From: Bacteroidota bacterium
GTDB taxonomy: Bacteria; Bacteroidota; Bacteroidia; Bacteroidales; VadinHA17
NCBI GenBank assembly: GCA_012729475.1
Contig: JAAYDB010000001.1
Location: 1,018 to 65,017 of the forward strand
Direction: 5' to 3'
Length of the DNA: 64,000 nucleotides
Under the pieces are notes generated by a model. It saw only the letters and a list, made by a program, of their open reading frames with translations. It was not told where the DNA came from and searched no databases. A program made the translations under genes and the position numbers. This document shows, piece after piece, positions 1 to 9,702 of this stretch. How positions within the stretch are numbered: position 1 is the stretch's first letter; the number at the start of each line of letters is the position of its first letter.

Positions 1-472
1 GCCTCTTTCTTTCTGCTTCAATTCTGGCCTGCTCGGCAGCTATCCTTTGCCGTTCTATTTCTTCCTGTTCTTTTCTGATCCTTTCAGCTTCCAGCTCTTC
101 CCTTCTTCTTTTCTCAGCCTCAAGTCTTTCAAGTCGTTTTTTCTCAGCATCGGGGTCTACTTTTTTTACCTCAGGTGCTTCTTCATTATTCTGTGTGAGA
201 AGAGGTTCTTCTTCTGTTAAAGCCACATCGTCAGCTGCCTGTGGAGGTGGTGATGCTGGTGGCGGAGCAGCTTCTTCCATAGCAGAAGAAGCAGACGGTT
301 CGATGAATCCCATTCCGGTCATGTCTGTACCAAAATTTACTATTATCCCTTCTTCTTCAGGTGGGATAGGAGGAATGGATAAACCAACAATAAGTAATAT
401 AATAATAGCACCTGAATGAATTATTACAGTTCCAACAAATCCCTTTTTTTTCTCCGAAGGAAATTTGCGCAT
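1..472 (-). CDS. tonB: TonB-family energy transducer, N-terminal part (3' end runs off the window)
   Basis: Absent from the ORF track because the window edge truncates it. Minus-strand translation from the ATG at 472-470 gives MRKFPSEKKKGFVGTVIIHSGAIIILLIVGLSIPPIPPEEEG... This shows a short tail, one TM helix, a Pro-rich spacer (AAPPPASPPPQ) and a Glu/Lys/Arg-rich stretch (EKKRLERLEAEKRRREELEAERIRKEQEE). It lies 4 nt downstream of exbD. Confidence 0.7.
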   Translation of the reverse strand, partial: MRKFPSEKKKGFVGTVIIHSGAIIILLIVGLSIPPIPPEEEGIIVNFGTDMTGMGFIEPSASSAMEEAAPPPASPPPQAADDVALTEEEPLLTQNNEEAPEVKKVDPDAEKKRLERLEAEKRRREELEAERIRKEQEEIERQRIAAEQARIEAERKR

Positions 473-476
473 ATCA

Positions 477-869
477 TTATTTTGGAGTAGTTGCAATTAT
501 TAGTTTATAATTATTTGCCTGAGCAATATTCAATACAAAAACAACTGTTTCAAACGGAACAGATTTATCAGCATGCAATGATATATATGTTTCAGGAGAC
601 TCTCCCAGTTTCTCTCTGAGAACACTTTCCAGTTCCTGAAGTGTAACGGGCTGTTGTTCAACATAATATCTTTGATCAGCTGTAATGGAGACAGTAGTCT
701 GTGGTTTAGCTGATGTTTGAGTCGAACCCTTGGGAAGTAAAAGTTTAAGAGCTGTAGGATGGACCAGTGTAGAGGTAAGCATGAAAAATATCAGCAATTG
801 AAAGATAACGTCAGTCATTCCAACTGAACTGAAGCTGATATTTATTTTATGTCGGTGTGAAATAGCCAT
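477..869 (-). CDS. exbD: ExbD/TolR-family biopolymer transport protein
   Basis: 130 aa with an N-terminal TM segment (MTDVIFQLLIFFMLTSTL) and a periplasmic domain. It follows exbB with a 10-nt gap. Confidence 0.85.
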   Translation of the reverse strand: MAISHRHKINISFSSVGMTDVIFQLLIFFMLTSTLVHPTALKLLLPKGSTQTSAKPQTTVSITADQRYYVEQQPVTLQELESVLREKLGESPETYISLHADKSVPFETVVFVLNIAQANNYKLIIATTPK

Positions 870-879
870 GACAGATTAC

Positions 880-1563
880 TTATTTTACGGGTTCATTCAG
901 GATGTCCATGAATTCTGTGTTGGTAGCTTCCAGGTTAAAGATTACTTTTTCAACCTTTACGACTAGTGTATTATAGGCAAAATATCCGAGTATTCCTATC
1001 GTCAGACCAGCCACGGTAGTGATGAGTGCTGTATAAATACCATCAGAAAGGAGAGATACTTCAATATTATTTCCAGCTTGTGACATGGCATAGAAAGACC
1101 TAACCATACCGATCACTGTTCCCAGAAAACCCAGCATAGGGGCTACTCCGACTATTGTGGCAAGAGTGGGAAAACTCTTTTCAAGCTTTGAAATCTCAAG
1201 TTTTCCGACATTCTCAATGGCAGTGCTTATGTCATTCAGGGGTCTGCCCAGTCGGCTTATTCCTTTTTCTATCATTCTGGCTGACAGACTGTCTGTAGAC
1301 TTACAGAGGGCCATTGCTGACTCTATTTTCCCGTCATGTATATAGTCTTTGATCCTGTTCATAAAATTCTGATCTTCGTGGGTAGCCTTTCTGATAACAT
1401 AATACCTTTCAATGAATATATAGGCTGCCACAAAAGAAAGAAGTATTATAGGAACCATTAACCAGCCTCCCTTGATAGCCATGTCGAACAATGTCATCTT
1501 AATCTGGCTTGTTTCTTCAACGGGAAGTGCTCCTCCCTGCATAATAAACTGTATATATCCCAT
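880..1563 (-). CDS. exbB: MotA/TolQ/ExbB-family proton channel
   Basis: 227 aa with three TM segments and a conserved C-terminal channel region (VGVAPMLGFLGTVIGMV ... ALITTVAGL). Confidence 0.88.
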   Translation of the reverse strand: MGYIQFIMQGGALPVEETSQIKMTLFDMAIKGGWLMVPIILLSFVAAYIFIERYYVIRKATHEDQNFMNRIKDYIHDGKIESAMALCKSTDSLSARMIEKGISRLGRPLNDISTAIENVGKLEISKLEKSFPTLATIVGVAPMLGFLGTVIGMVRSFYAMSQAGNNIEVSLLSDGIYTALITTVAGLTIGILGYFAYNTLVVKVEKVIFNLEATNTEFMDILNEPVK

Positions 1564-1727
1564 TTTTTGTTTCTGTTTATATTTTTATGATATCCGTGTA
1601 TTTATTTTAAGTATCACCTGCGAATATATGAAAAAACGTATTTATAGTTCATTCTATTATATCCGGTTAATAACAATACCTTTCTATTTATTAACCATAA
1701 ATGTCTAACTAAAATAAAAACAGGGGC

Positions 1728-4700
1728 TTATTCCAGCATAACTACCGGTTCTTCCTCTTTTTTCATTTCAGAATCTTTGTTTTTTCTGAAGAGATCGGAT
1801 AATTTATCGAAATCCTGTTTATAGAATAATCCGAATCCTTGTGTATAAGGTGCTTGTTTTCCGGTATATGGATTATTGAATCTGTTGAAGACCTTGAAGC
1901 GTATTTTATCAGTAATCTTGTATTCAATATCAAAGTCGCCTGTAAGTTGATCGTTGGTTCCTGCTGTGCCACCTGTTCCCCTGACATCAAAATTACCGTT
2001 GATTGTGACCTTGTCGTTCAGAAGCTGTGTGGAAAGGGCAAGCTGAACTTCGTTGGCATTTATATCTTTGTACCCGGGCCGGTAAACGAATCCGATGTCG
2101 AAATCATTACTGATTTGTGATAGCCAGTTGCTTAACTGATTGGAAACCATTTCGGTAGTTGTTACAGCCATGGCTGAAGTACCTGTTGTGGTAGTTGTTG
2201 TAAGTGTTGATCCGTATGAAGGATCAGCATAAAAACTATTCATGACCAGAAGGTAAAGAAACTGTCTGCTTAATTCTTCTTCTGTCGTAATGACATTCTT
2301 GAGATATGTACGTGTTGCTTCATCTGCTGTAGGAAGGACTATGTCCAGACTGATAACAGGATTGAAAAGCTTGCCTGATAAATTGATCTGGCACTCAACA
2401 GGGATCCTTTCATTAAATCTGTCGTCCTGGAGTATCTCAAAAAGAGATGCCCTTAATTTATAGATGGCTTTCATATCGATCTCTGCATCATCTATGTTGC
2501 CATTAAAAACAATACGCCCTCCGTTTTCAACAATAAAAGGCTTGTTCAGGATATTACCCAGAGTGAATAAATAATCTCCGGCTTCAATAAGATAATCCCC
2601 CGATATCCTGAAATCTCCCTTTGAATCGTAGTTAATATTTAGTCTGCCTGTTCCGTACCCTTTCATAATATCGCCTACTTTCGAATCAAATATCAGCTGA
2701 ACTTCTGCATCAGGTGTAACCTCGAGGTCGAAATTCAGATCCATGCCAGTCCTGGTCTGAACAGGGTTAACCATGCCTCCGGCCTGTCTGGTCACTGTCA
2801 GGGTTGTATCATTTTTAATAAAAGTTATGAAGGAATAATCTGATACAGTCTCACTTGAATTAAGGGGAATATTTATTTTGGTATCTTCTCCAATTCTTGC
2901 CGAGATATCAAATGATAAAATGCCTTCTTTGCTTTTGATTGTTGTGACACCTGAAGCAAAAGCACTTCCGTAAAAAACTTCATTGTCTTTGTACTTGGTG
3001 TTAAGGACCATACATTCATTCATGTTAATGAGCAGATCAGTACCGTAATCTTTGAAATTATTATGGAATACCGACCCGTTGAGAGTAGCAGTATTTCCCT
3101 GTACATCATATAGTGTTATATTGTTGAAAGAGATTACATTATTGTCAAATCTTATGGAGTCTGTAAAACTGTATTTTGTCTGCAGATAATCTATTTGCAT
3201 TGAAGTGTTTTCTGCAAGGATAGCACCCTTCAGTTGTAATTTGCCTGGAGAGCTGTTGAAATTAAGTATGCCTGATGCTTTTCCGTTTATATCTGAGGCA
3301 AAAACTTTAAGTAGGGGGTTTAATGCATCAACAGGCAGTTGTTCTGTGTTTATGATGAGATCCATTTCTTTGTATTCCGGATCATAAGTCCCGTCAACCT
3401 CAAACATCTTCTGTCCATTGAGATTGTTAAAAACATGAATATCTGCAACCTTACTGGTATTATTCCATACAGAAGAAGCTTCAATATCTCCAAATGAGCT
3501 CTGTAACAGATAAAAATCTTCTATCTTCAGATTACTTTCAAGAAGAGCGTTATGGTATATATCGGTAACAAATATATTCCCGTCTATTTTTCCTCTCAGG
3601 TTAAGTGATAAATTATCGGGATCATCTTTTTTATTAGTGAAATAATTAAGAAAAGTGAGGTCAATACCTTTAAATTCAAGATGCAGAGTGTCAGCAGGAT
3701 TCTCTGTCAGTGATCCGTTCACTCTGTAAAAATTCTCATTATTACTGATATTCAGATTCCCTACTTTAATAGCACTGGTATCTATAGTAATGGTTGAATT
3801 ATCAATTTTCCAATGATTATTACGGCTAAAAATACTCGTTGAGTCAATGTCAATATTCAGTACCGCTTTCTCTTTTCCTGGAGTTTTATTAATATAAGTT
3901 CCCCGGGCAATTATTTTACCGTTATTAAGTATGTCTTCATGGTTATCCCAGTCAATAGAGAGAATAAAATTATCCGGTTCAGTACTTAGATTTACTGACA
4001 ATCCTTTTAATTCAGACTGTCCGAGGGGTGAAAATGATTCACTGGTGATTTCCACGAGTATTACCGGAGGTGTGTAGCGGGCCTTCATGGTCAGGTCCTG
4101 AAATAAATTGCTGTTAACACCCAATGCTTTTGCATTACCATTTATTGTCATTATACTGTCAGGTGCTATATAACCACTTATTGTACTGTTGGCAGCGAGA
4201 GCGAAACCGGTATTAAAAAAATCATTGATTTTATCAGTATTTTTGAATTGTATGTCGAAGTTAAACCTGTTACCGGCTGTGTTTTTATATCCGGGTGGTC
4301 CAGAAAAGCGTGAAGGCATCAAAACAGAAAGTGCCGATTTTACAGAGTTTACGAGTCCGGTAAAATTATACTGGCCTCGCAGGTTGGCATCAACATAGTC
4401 TGTTTTCAGATTAATAGCAGAAATGTTGTTTTCAGTATAGGTCTTTAATGAAAAATCATAGAATTCAAGGTTATTACCACGCCATCCGATATTGGAATTG
4501 AGTAGTTTTATTTCTCCGTCAAGATTATCTATATTATTTCCCCTGAAATTTGCCGTTAAAAGCATTGAAACAGATGCTGAACTGTCATCAACGAGATTAA
4601 GTCTGAAAAGGTCAGCCTGGGCAAGGTTAAGAGTGAAATTGAATTCTGGCAGTTCGTCCCTGAAATTAAACATTCCCAGAAGATCCATTTTTATGTTTTC

Positions 4701-6194
4701 TTCAGAGATATTAACGCTGCCATCCCATGTTTTTTCACTGAGTATTCCGTTAAGGCCGATGTTTCTGTATTTGTATCCATTCACTTCAACACTGTCAATC
4801 AGACCTGTAATATCTCCTGAGAATTCTTTGAATGAGGATGCCGTTATGTCTATATTTGCCGACATACTCAGTTTACCCAGCAGGTTTTCCTGGTCAGTAA
4901 GAAGCCCCAATGCTATATTATTCCCTCTTACCAAACCTTTTAGCTTGTAGTTGTTCTGATTTTCAGGCCTGAATGAGACATCAGTGTTAATATTTCCGGC
5001 TTCTGATATTATTTTCCCGTATGTAACAAAATCAGTTGTAAACCCTGTAAAACTACCGTTAAAAGAAAAGCTTCCCAGAGTTTTGAAAAATTCAGGCAAA
5101 GAGATTTTATCTTTTTTAGAAATATCCAGATTACTAATATCGTTTGTGTTCAGATTAAAATTATTAACTCCTATATACATAAAAGTGTTATCAATATCGG
5201 GAAGTCCTGACAGATCAAAATCACAATCCAGTTTTGTGTCTGTTTTATAGGTCATTTCAATATTTCTTCCTCTTAATTCAGCTAGCGGACCAAGTATTTT
5301 ACCTGAAATATTCACTGATTCATTTATTCCTGACAGAGCCGGGATGAAAAACTGAAGATCGGTACTACTTATTAATGATTTAGCTAGCAGCAGATCAAGT
5401 CGGACTTTGTTGATAAAATCATTAAAAGTACCTGTTGAGCCGGGAAGGAGACCAAAATGTTCAATGTCAAGAAAACTTGATTCAGAGTAAATCTCAGCGT
5501 CAGAGAATATTATATCTCTGTTTTTGATATGAATATCACCTGACATCTTCCTTACATTGAATCCTGTGGATTCCCTGAACATCAGATTATATACACTGAA
5601 AGACAAAGAATCACTTTCCAGGACGAAGTCCTCCATTATGCCATTTATCCCGCTTAGGTGAAGATCGTTAAAATCAATAGGTATTTTGGCTTCTTTTGCA
5701 TTTCTTTTTATGAGGGCAAACCTTCCTTTGTTTATATCTACGTGATTAATCCTGACAGAGATGTCTTTTTTAACAGTGTCTTCAGGATTTTTTAAAAAGT
5801 CAAGATACCATTTGAGATTATTTACACCTGTGGAATCAGTAATAAATGCTACTATAGGATTTGTCACTACAGCTCTGCCTATGATGAAAGAATTGTTTTT
5901 CAGATTGGCTCTCCTTATTCTGATAGTTGTTTGTTCAACATAAAGAAGCGTATCATTGTTTTTGTCCTTTATTAACAGATCATTTAACCTGAGTCTGTTA
6001 AAATATGAGAATTCCACTCTGCCAACAGAAATTGAAGATTTTATTGACTCCGATACTTTTCCGCTTAAATGGTTCAGGACATAGGTTTGTATTGATGGCA
6101 GGCTCAGCAATGCTCCAAGGACAAAAAGAATCAGGATAAGGCACCCGAAAGTAACAGAAATAATCCTGATAGATTTTTTGATCTTTTTGTCCAT
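1728..6194 (-). CDS. tamB: Translocation/assembly module TamB-like protein (giant envelope-spanning protein)
   Basis: About 1490 aa with an N-terminal TM anchor (IISVTFGCLILILFVLGALLSL), a long beta-rich body and a DUF490-like C-terminus. It is divergent from tsaD, as is typical in Bacteroidota. The likely start is ATG 6194 (MDKKIKK); the track start at 6227 is also possible. Confidence 0.75.
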   Translation of the reverse strand: MDKKIKKSIRIISVTFGCLILILFVLGALLSLPSIQTYVLNHLSGKVSESIKSSISVGRVEFSYFNRLRLNDLLIKDKNNDTLLYVEQTTIRIRRANLKNNSFIIGRAVVTNPIVAFITDSTGVNNLKWYLDFLKNPEDTVKKDISVRINHVDINKGRFALIKRNAKEAKIPIDFNDLHLSGINGIMEDFVLESDSLSFSVYNLMFRESTGFNVRKMSGDIHIKNRDIIFSDAEIYSESSFLDIEHFGLLPGSTGTFNDFINKVRLDLLLAKSLISSTDLQFFIPALSGINESVNISGKILGPLAELRGRNIEMTYKTDTKLDCDFDLSGLPDIDNTFMYIGVNNFNLNTNDISNLDISKKDKISLPEFFKTLGSFSFNGSFTGFTTDFVTYGKIISEAGNINTDVSFRPENQNNYKLKGLVRGNNIALGLLTDQENLLGKLSMSANIDITASSFKEFSGDITGLIDSVEVNGYKYRNIGLNGILSEKTWDGSVNISEENIKMDLLGMFNFRDELPEFNFTLNLAQADLFRLNLVDDSSASVSMLLTANFRGNNIDNLDGEIKLLNSNIGWRGNNLEFYDFSLKTYTENNISAINLKTDYVDANLRGQYNFTGLVNSVKSALSVLMPSRFSGPPGYKNTAGNRFNFDIQFKNTDKINDFFNTGFALAANSTISGYIAPDSIMTINGNAKALGVNSNLFQDLTMKARYTPPVILVEITSESFSPLGQSELKGLSVNLSTEPDNFILSIDWDNHEDILNNGKIIARGTYINKTPGKEKAVLNIDIDSTSIFSRNNHWKIDNSTITIDTSAIKVGNLNISNNENFYRVNGSLTENPADTLHLEFKGIDLTFLNYFTNKKDDPDNLSLNLRGKIDGNIFVTDIYHNALLESNLKIEDFYLLQSSFGDIEASSVWNNTSKVADIHVFNNLNGQKMFEVDGTYDPEYKEMDLIINTEQLPVDALNPLLKVFASDINGKASGILNFNSSPGKLQLKGAILAENTSMQIDYLQTKYSFTDSIRFDNNVISFNNITLYDVQGNTATLNGSVFHNNFKDYGTDLLINMNECMVLNTKYKDNEVFYGSAFASGVTTIKSKEGILSFDISARIGEDTKINIPLNSSETVSDYSFITFIKNDTTLTVTRQAGGMVNPVQTRTGMDLNFDLEVTPDAEVQLIFDSKVGDIMKGYGTGRLNINYDSKGDFRISGDYLIEAGDYLFTLGNILNKPFIVENGGRIVFNGNIDDAEIDMKAIYKLRASLFEILQDDRFNERIPVECQINLSGKLFNPVISLDIVLPTADEATRTYLKNVITTEEELSRQFLYLLVMNSFYADPSYGSTLTTTTTTGTSAMAVTTTEMVSNQLSNWLSQISNDFDIGFVYRPGYKDINANEVQLALSTQLLNDKVTINGNFDVRGTGGTAGTNDQLTGDFDIEYKITDKIRFKVFNRFNNPYTGKQAPYTQGFGLFYKQDFDKLSDLFRKNKDSEMKKEEEPVVMLE

Positions 6195-6443
6195 AAAGTA
6201 TTTTAATAAGAGAAATACTACCCCCAACCTTGTATGATAATGCGTGTAAAGATAATAAATAGACAGTTTTTTTTATACTATCTTTCATCTATACCAGGAT
6301 CAAATGATGTGCCGTTTTATCTTTTCTCAAATATTATTTTCGAAATAATTACAACTGTTAACGGACCTGCCTTGTATTTTCATCTGCCATGAGAGTTGCA
6401 GGGATATAAAATATAGCGATATTTGCCTTTAAAGATATCATTT

Positions 6444-7454
6444 ATGGCTATTACAATTTTAGCAATAGAGTCATCATGTGATGATACTTCAGCGGCAGTG
6501 ATAAGAGATGGATATGTGCTCTCCAATCTTGTAGCAGGGCAGGATATTCACCGTTCTTACGGTGGGGTGGTTCCTGAGCTTGCTTCCCGCGCTCATCAGG
6601 CTAATATCGTACCTGTGACAGATCAGGCTATCAACAGGGCCGGAGTGAAGAAGAATGATATCCAGGCCGTTGCTTTCACAAGAGGTCCAGGTTTACTGGG
6701 ATCTTTACTCGTAGGGACATCTTTTGCAAAAGGATTTGCCTTGTCGCTTGGGGTCCCTCTGATAGAGGTTAATCATCTTCATGCTCATATACTTGTACAT
6801 TTTATAAAGGGAAAAGATAATACAAATATCCCCCGTTTCCCTTTCTTGTGCCTTCTTGTTTCAGGTGGCCATACGAAGATTGTACTGATGAAGGATTATC
6901 TGGATATGCAGGTTCTTGGTACTACTATTGATGATGCTGCCGGAGAGGCTTTCGATAAATGTGGAAAACTTATGGGTTTTGATTATCCTGCAGGACCTCT
7001 GATTGATAAGATGTCATCAGGAGCTGACAAAAATGCTTTCAGCTTTTCAAAACCTGTTATCAGAGGACTTGATTTTAGTTTTAGTGGATTGAAAACCAGC
7101 TTTTTGTATTTTCTGAGAGACAGATTAAAGGAAGATCCGGATTTTATTGAAAATAATAAGCCAGATCTTTGTGCTTCACTTCAACACACCATTGTTTCTG
7201 TTTTAGTGTCAAAACTGGTAAAAGCTTCATCTGTGACAGGAATAAAGGAGATAGGAATAGCAGGTGGTGTCTCCGCTAATTCCGAGCTGAAAAGAGCTGT
7301 CAGAGCAGAATCTGAAAATAGGAAATGGAACCTTTTTATACCCGAACCTGGATTTTCAACAGATAATGCAGCAATGATTGGAATTGCCGGCTATTATAAA
7401 TATCTTAGAGGAGAATTTGCCAGTCAGGACATATATCCTCTTGCAAGATTCTGA
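6444..7454 (+). CDS. tsaD: tRNA N6-adenosine threonylcarbamoyltransferase TsaD
   Basis: The N-terminus MAITILAIESSCDDTSAAV, the HLHAHI and SGGHT motifs and the ~336 aa length fit TsaD. The track start 6423 is TTG; ATG 6444 fits the family N-terminus. Confidence 0.93.
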   Translation: MAITILAIESSCDDTSAAVIRDGYVLSNLVAGQDIHRSYGGVVPELASRAHQANIVPVTDQAINRAGVKKNDIQAVAFTRGPGLLGSLLVGTSFAKGFALSLGVPLIEVNHLHAHILVHFIKGKDNTNIPRFPFLCLLVSGGHTKIVLMKDYLDMQVLGTTIDDAAGEAFDKCGKLMGFDYPAGPLIDKMSSGADKNAFSFSKPVIRGLDFSFSGLKTSFLYFLRDRLKEDPDFIENNKPDLCASLQHTIVSVLVSKLVKASSVTGIKEIGIAGGVSANSELKRAVRAESENRKWNLFIPEPGFSTDNAAMIGIAGYYKYLRGEFASQDIYPLARF

Positions 7455-7474
7455 ATAACTATTTAGCCTGAATA

Positions 7475-8512
7475 ATGGAGACCAATAAACTTTCTGTCCT
7501 GGTAATCGGAGCAGGTGCTGTAGGTGGTATAACAGCTGCTCTTATGAAGAAAGATGGTTATGATGTTGAAATAGTAAGTAAACATCCTGATTATGCTTTA
7601 TTAATTAAGGAAAAAGGTTTGTCCGTCAGCGGAGCCAGCGGCAATTTGAAGGTTAAGATGCCGGCCTATGCCTCAATAAGTGAGGTTAAAAAGAAAAAGG
7701 ATCTGATATTGCTTGCCACCAAAGCTACAGATATGATTGAAGCAGCCGAAGAAATAAAAGATATACTAAAGGAAAATGGTAGCGTTATTTCAATGCAAAA
7801 CGGTATTTGTGTGGATGATCTGGCAACTGTTCTGGGGATGAGCAGGGTGATAGGATGCATAACCGGATGGGGAGCAACTATGGATTCACAAGGTGAACTG
7901 ACAATGACATCTTCAGGAGATTTTATTATAGGATATCCTGTAAAACAACCGGATGACTACCTTAAATCAATCGGACATGTGCTTTCTTCTGTCGTCCCTG
8001 TTAAATTAACAGATAATCTGATGGGCCATCTGTATGCCAAGCTCATAATCAATTCCTGCATTACTTCTTTGGGGGCTATCTGTGGTTTGTATCTGGGAGA
8101 GATGCTTGCGAAGAAAAAAGTTCGTAAAATATTCATCGAAATAATCAGAGAAGCAGTACTGGTAGCTGATAAAATGAATATAAGACTTGAGATTTTCGGC
8201 GATAAACTGGATTTTAATAAGTATATAAAAGGTAATAATTTTATTGCAGAACTTCGCCGCCACATTTTTATAATGGTAATCGGATTCAGATACCGTAAAC
8301 TGAAATCCTCCAGTCTCCAGTCACTGGAGAGAGGGAAACCCACTGAGGTTGATTATCTGAACGGTTATGTTGTCAGAAACGGAGAAAAACTGAAAATAGA
8401 TGTTCCTGTTAACAAAGCCATCGTGAGAATAATTCATGAGATTGAACAGAAAAAGAGAAAAATATCTTATGATAATTTTAATGATCCGGCTTTTGATAAA
8501 TTTAATAAATGA
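7475..8512 (+). CDS. ApbA/PanE-family 2-dehydropantoate 2-reductase-like oxidoreductase
   Basis: 345 aa with an N-terminal Rossmann motif (VLVIGAGAVGG) and a ketopantoate-reductase-like C-terminal domain. Confidence 0.75.
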   Translation: METNKLSVLVIGAGAVGGITAALMKKDGYDVEIVSKHPDYALLIKEKGLSVSGASGNLKVKMPAYASISEVKKKKDLILLATKATDMIEAAEEIKDILKENGSVISMQNGICVDDLATVLGMSRVIGCITGWGATMDSQGELTMTSSGDFIIGYPVKQPDDYLKSIGHVLSSVVPVKLTDNLMGHLYAKLIINSCITSLGAICGLYLGEMLAKKKVRKIFIEIIREAVLVADKMNIRLEIFGDKLDFNKYIKGNNFIAELRRHIFIMVIGFRYRKLKSSSLQSLERGKPTEVDYLNGYVVRNGEKLKIDVPVNKAIVRIIHEIEQKKRKISYDNFNDPAFDKFNK

Positions 8513-8646
8513 TTGTAATTTAAGAGATTCATATTTAACCGGAATTCCTGGGATGAAACTTACATGAGCACCGTCTTACTAAAGGAAATATTTGTTAAAT
8601 ACATGTAAGTTCCATTCGACCAATGAAATAATAATTTAATAACCGA

Positions 8647-9021
8647 ATGAAAGAACTCAGAATAAATCCGACAAAACACTCTCCGGAGATAGCGCTGTCG
8701 CCGGAAGGTTCAATTCTGATCAAAGGCCGTTCAATTCATGAGAATGTTCATGAGTTCTTCGAACCGGTAGATAAATGGATAACTGATTACATCAAGACTC
8801 CGGCTGATTTAACTTGTGTGGATGTTAATCTTGAGTATTTTAACAGTGCCAGTGCAAAGATATTTATTCATTTTCTTGAAATGATCAGGCATGTGAGTCT
8901 GAAAAACAAGAAATTTGTAATAAACTGGTATTATGAAGACGGTGATGAAGATATTCTTGAAAGAGGAGAGTATTTTTCATCTATTCTTAACGTCCCCTTT
9001 AACTTTATTAAGCTAAGCTAG
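8647..9021 (+). CDS. SiaC-like DUF1987 family protein (putative partner-switch phosphoprotein)
   Basis: 124 aa. The sequence pattern (RINPTKHSPEI ... G.S..EN ... F.PV..W...Y ... INWYYEDGDEDILE.GE) is characteristic of DUF1987/SiaC. Confidence 0.7.
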   Translation: MKELRINPTKHSPEIALSPEGSILIKGRSIHENVHEFFEPVDKWITDYIKTPADLTCVDVNLEYFNSASAKIFIHFLEMIRHVSLKNKKFVINWYYEDGDEDILERGEYFSSILNVPFNFIKLS

Positions 9022-9094
9022 GAGCCCGGCAGTCCACTTCATATACAGATGCTGTTTTCAAAGGACTAAGTGTATTCGCGAAATGTATTCTTTT

Positions 9095-9664
9095 TTAGTC
9101 TTTATCGGGCCTTTTCCTATGCTTTCTATATGTCTCAATGTAGGCTTTCAGATATATTATTGAAATAATAAAGAAGATGATCCCCATTAAAAGAACCATG
9201 ATAAAGCTGAAAACTGATGGTTTACCGAATTGTGGCAAGGGGTGTTTTAAGCGGTAAAAATACCCGAATATAGAATATGCTATTACCATGACAGATATGA
9301 GGAGGCTGAAAATAGCCGTTGTACCGTCAAATATTCTGGTTGTACGATATAATTCCGATTTTTTAAATTTTATATAGGAAGCCTGGGCATATGTTCTGGC
9401 TTTCTGTCGTGATCTGTTCTGTCTGTATTTTCTCCACTGTTCCATTGCTTCCTGGTATTCTTTCTCATTATTGGTAATCCGGTCATAATTTGCAGTAAGA
9501 AAATCATAGGCTTCAGTAATTTCAATGAACTTATCCTTTGCTTCAGGAGAAGTATTGATATCAGGATGGAAGGTGCGGGCCTGTTTTCTGTAAGCCTTCT
9601 TGATTTCTTCCAGAGAAGCATCATCTGGAAGGTCGAGGATACGCAGATAATCTGCAAGTGCCAT
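9095..9664 (-). CDS. Membrane-anchored J-domain (DnaJ-like) protein
   Basis: The J-domain carries an HPD motif (DYLRILDLPDDASLEEIKKAYRKQARTFHPDIN). It is followed by a basic linker and two C-terminal TM helices. The likely start is ATG 9664; the track start 9691 is TTG. It lies 38 nt downstream of rnfA on the same strand. Confidence 0.8.
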   Translation of the reverse strand: MALADYLRILDLPDDASLEEIKKAYRKQARTFHPDINTSPEAKDKFIEITEAYDFLTANYDRITNNEKEYQEAMEQWRKYRQNRSRQKARTYAQASYIKFKKSELYRTTRIFDGTTAIFSLLISVMVIAYSIFGYFYRLKHPLPQFGKPSVFSFIMVLLMGIIFFIISIIYLKAYIETYRKHRKRPDKD

Positions 9665-9702
9665 ACTTAACCATGGGTTAATGTAGGACAAATGTAAAGA
9701 TA

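Noticed and set aside
195-419. 74-aa + strand ORF (GTG start) at the left edge
   Set aside because: It is antisense to the truncated tonB-like gene. Its Gly/Ser/Ala-rich translation mirrors the Pro/Glu-rich TonB linker.
1728-6227. The 1499-aa protein as a toxin, adhesin or novel defence component
   Set aside because: It has a single N-terminal anchor, a beta-rich body and a DUF490-like C-terminus. It pairs conservedly with tsaD, which fits the housekeeping TamB-like envelope protein of Bacteroidota. No toxin or enzymatic motifs were seen.
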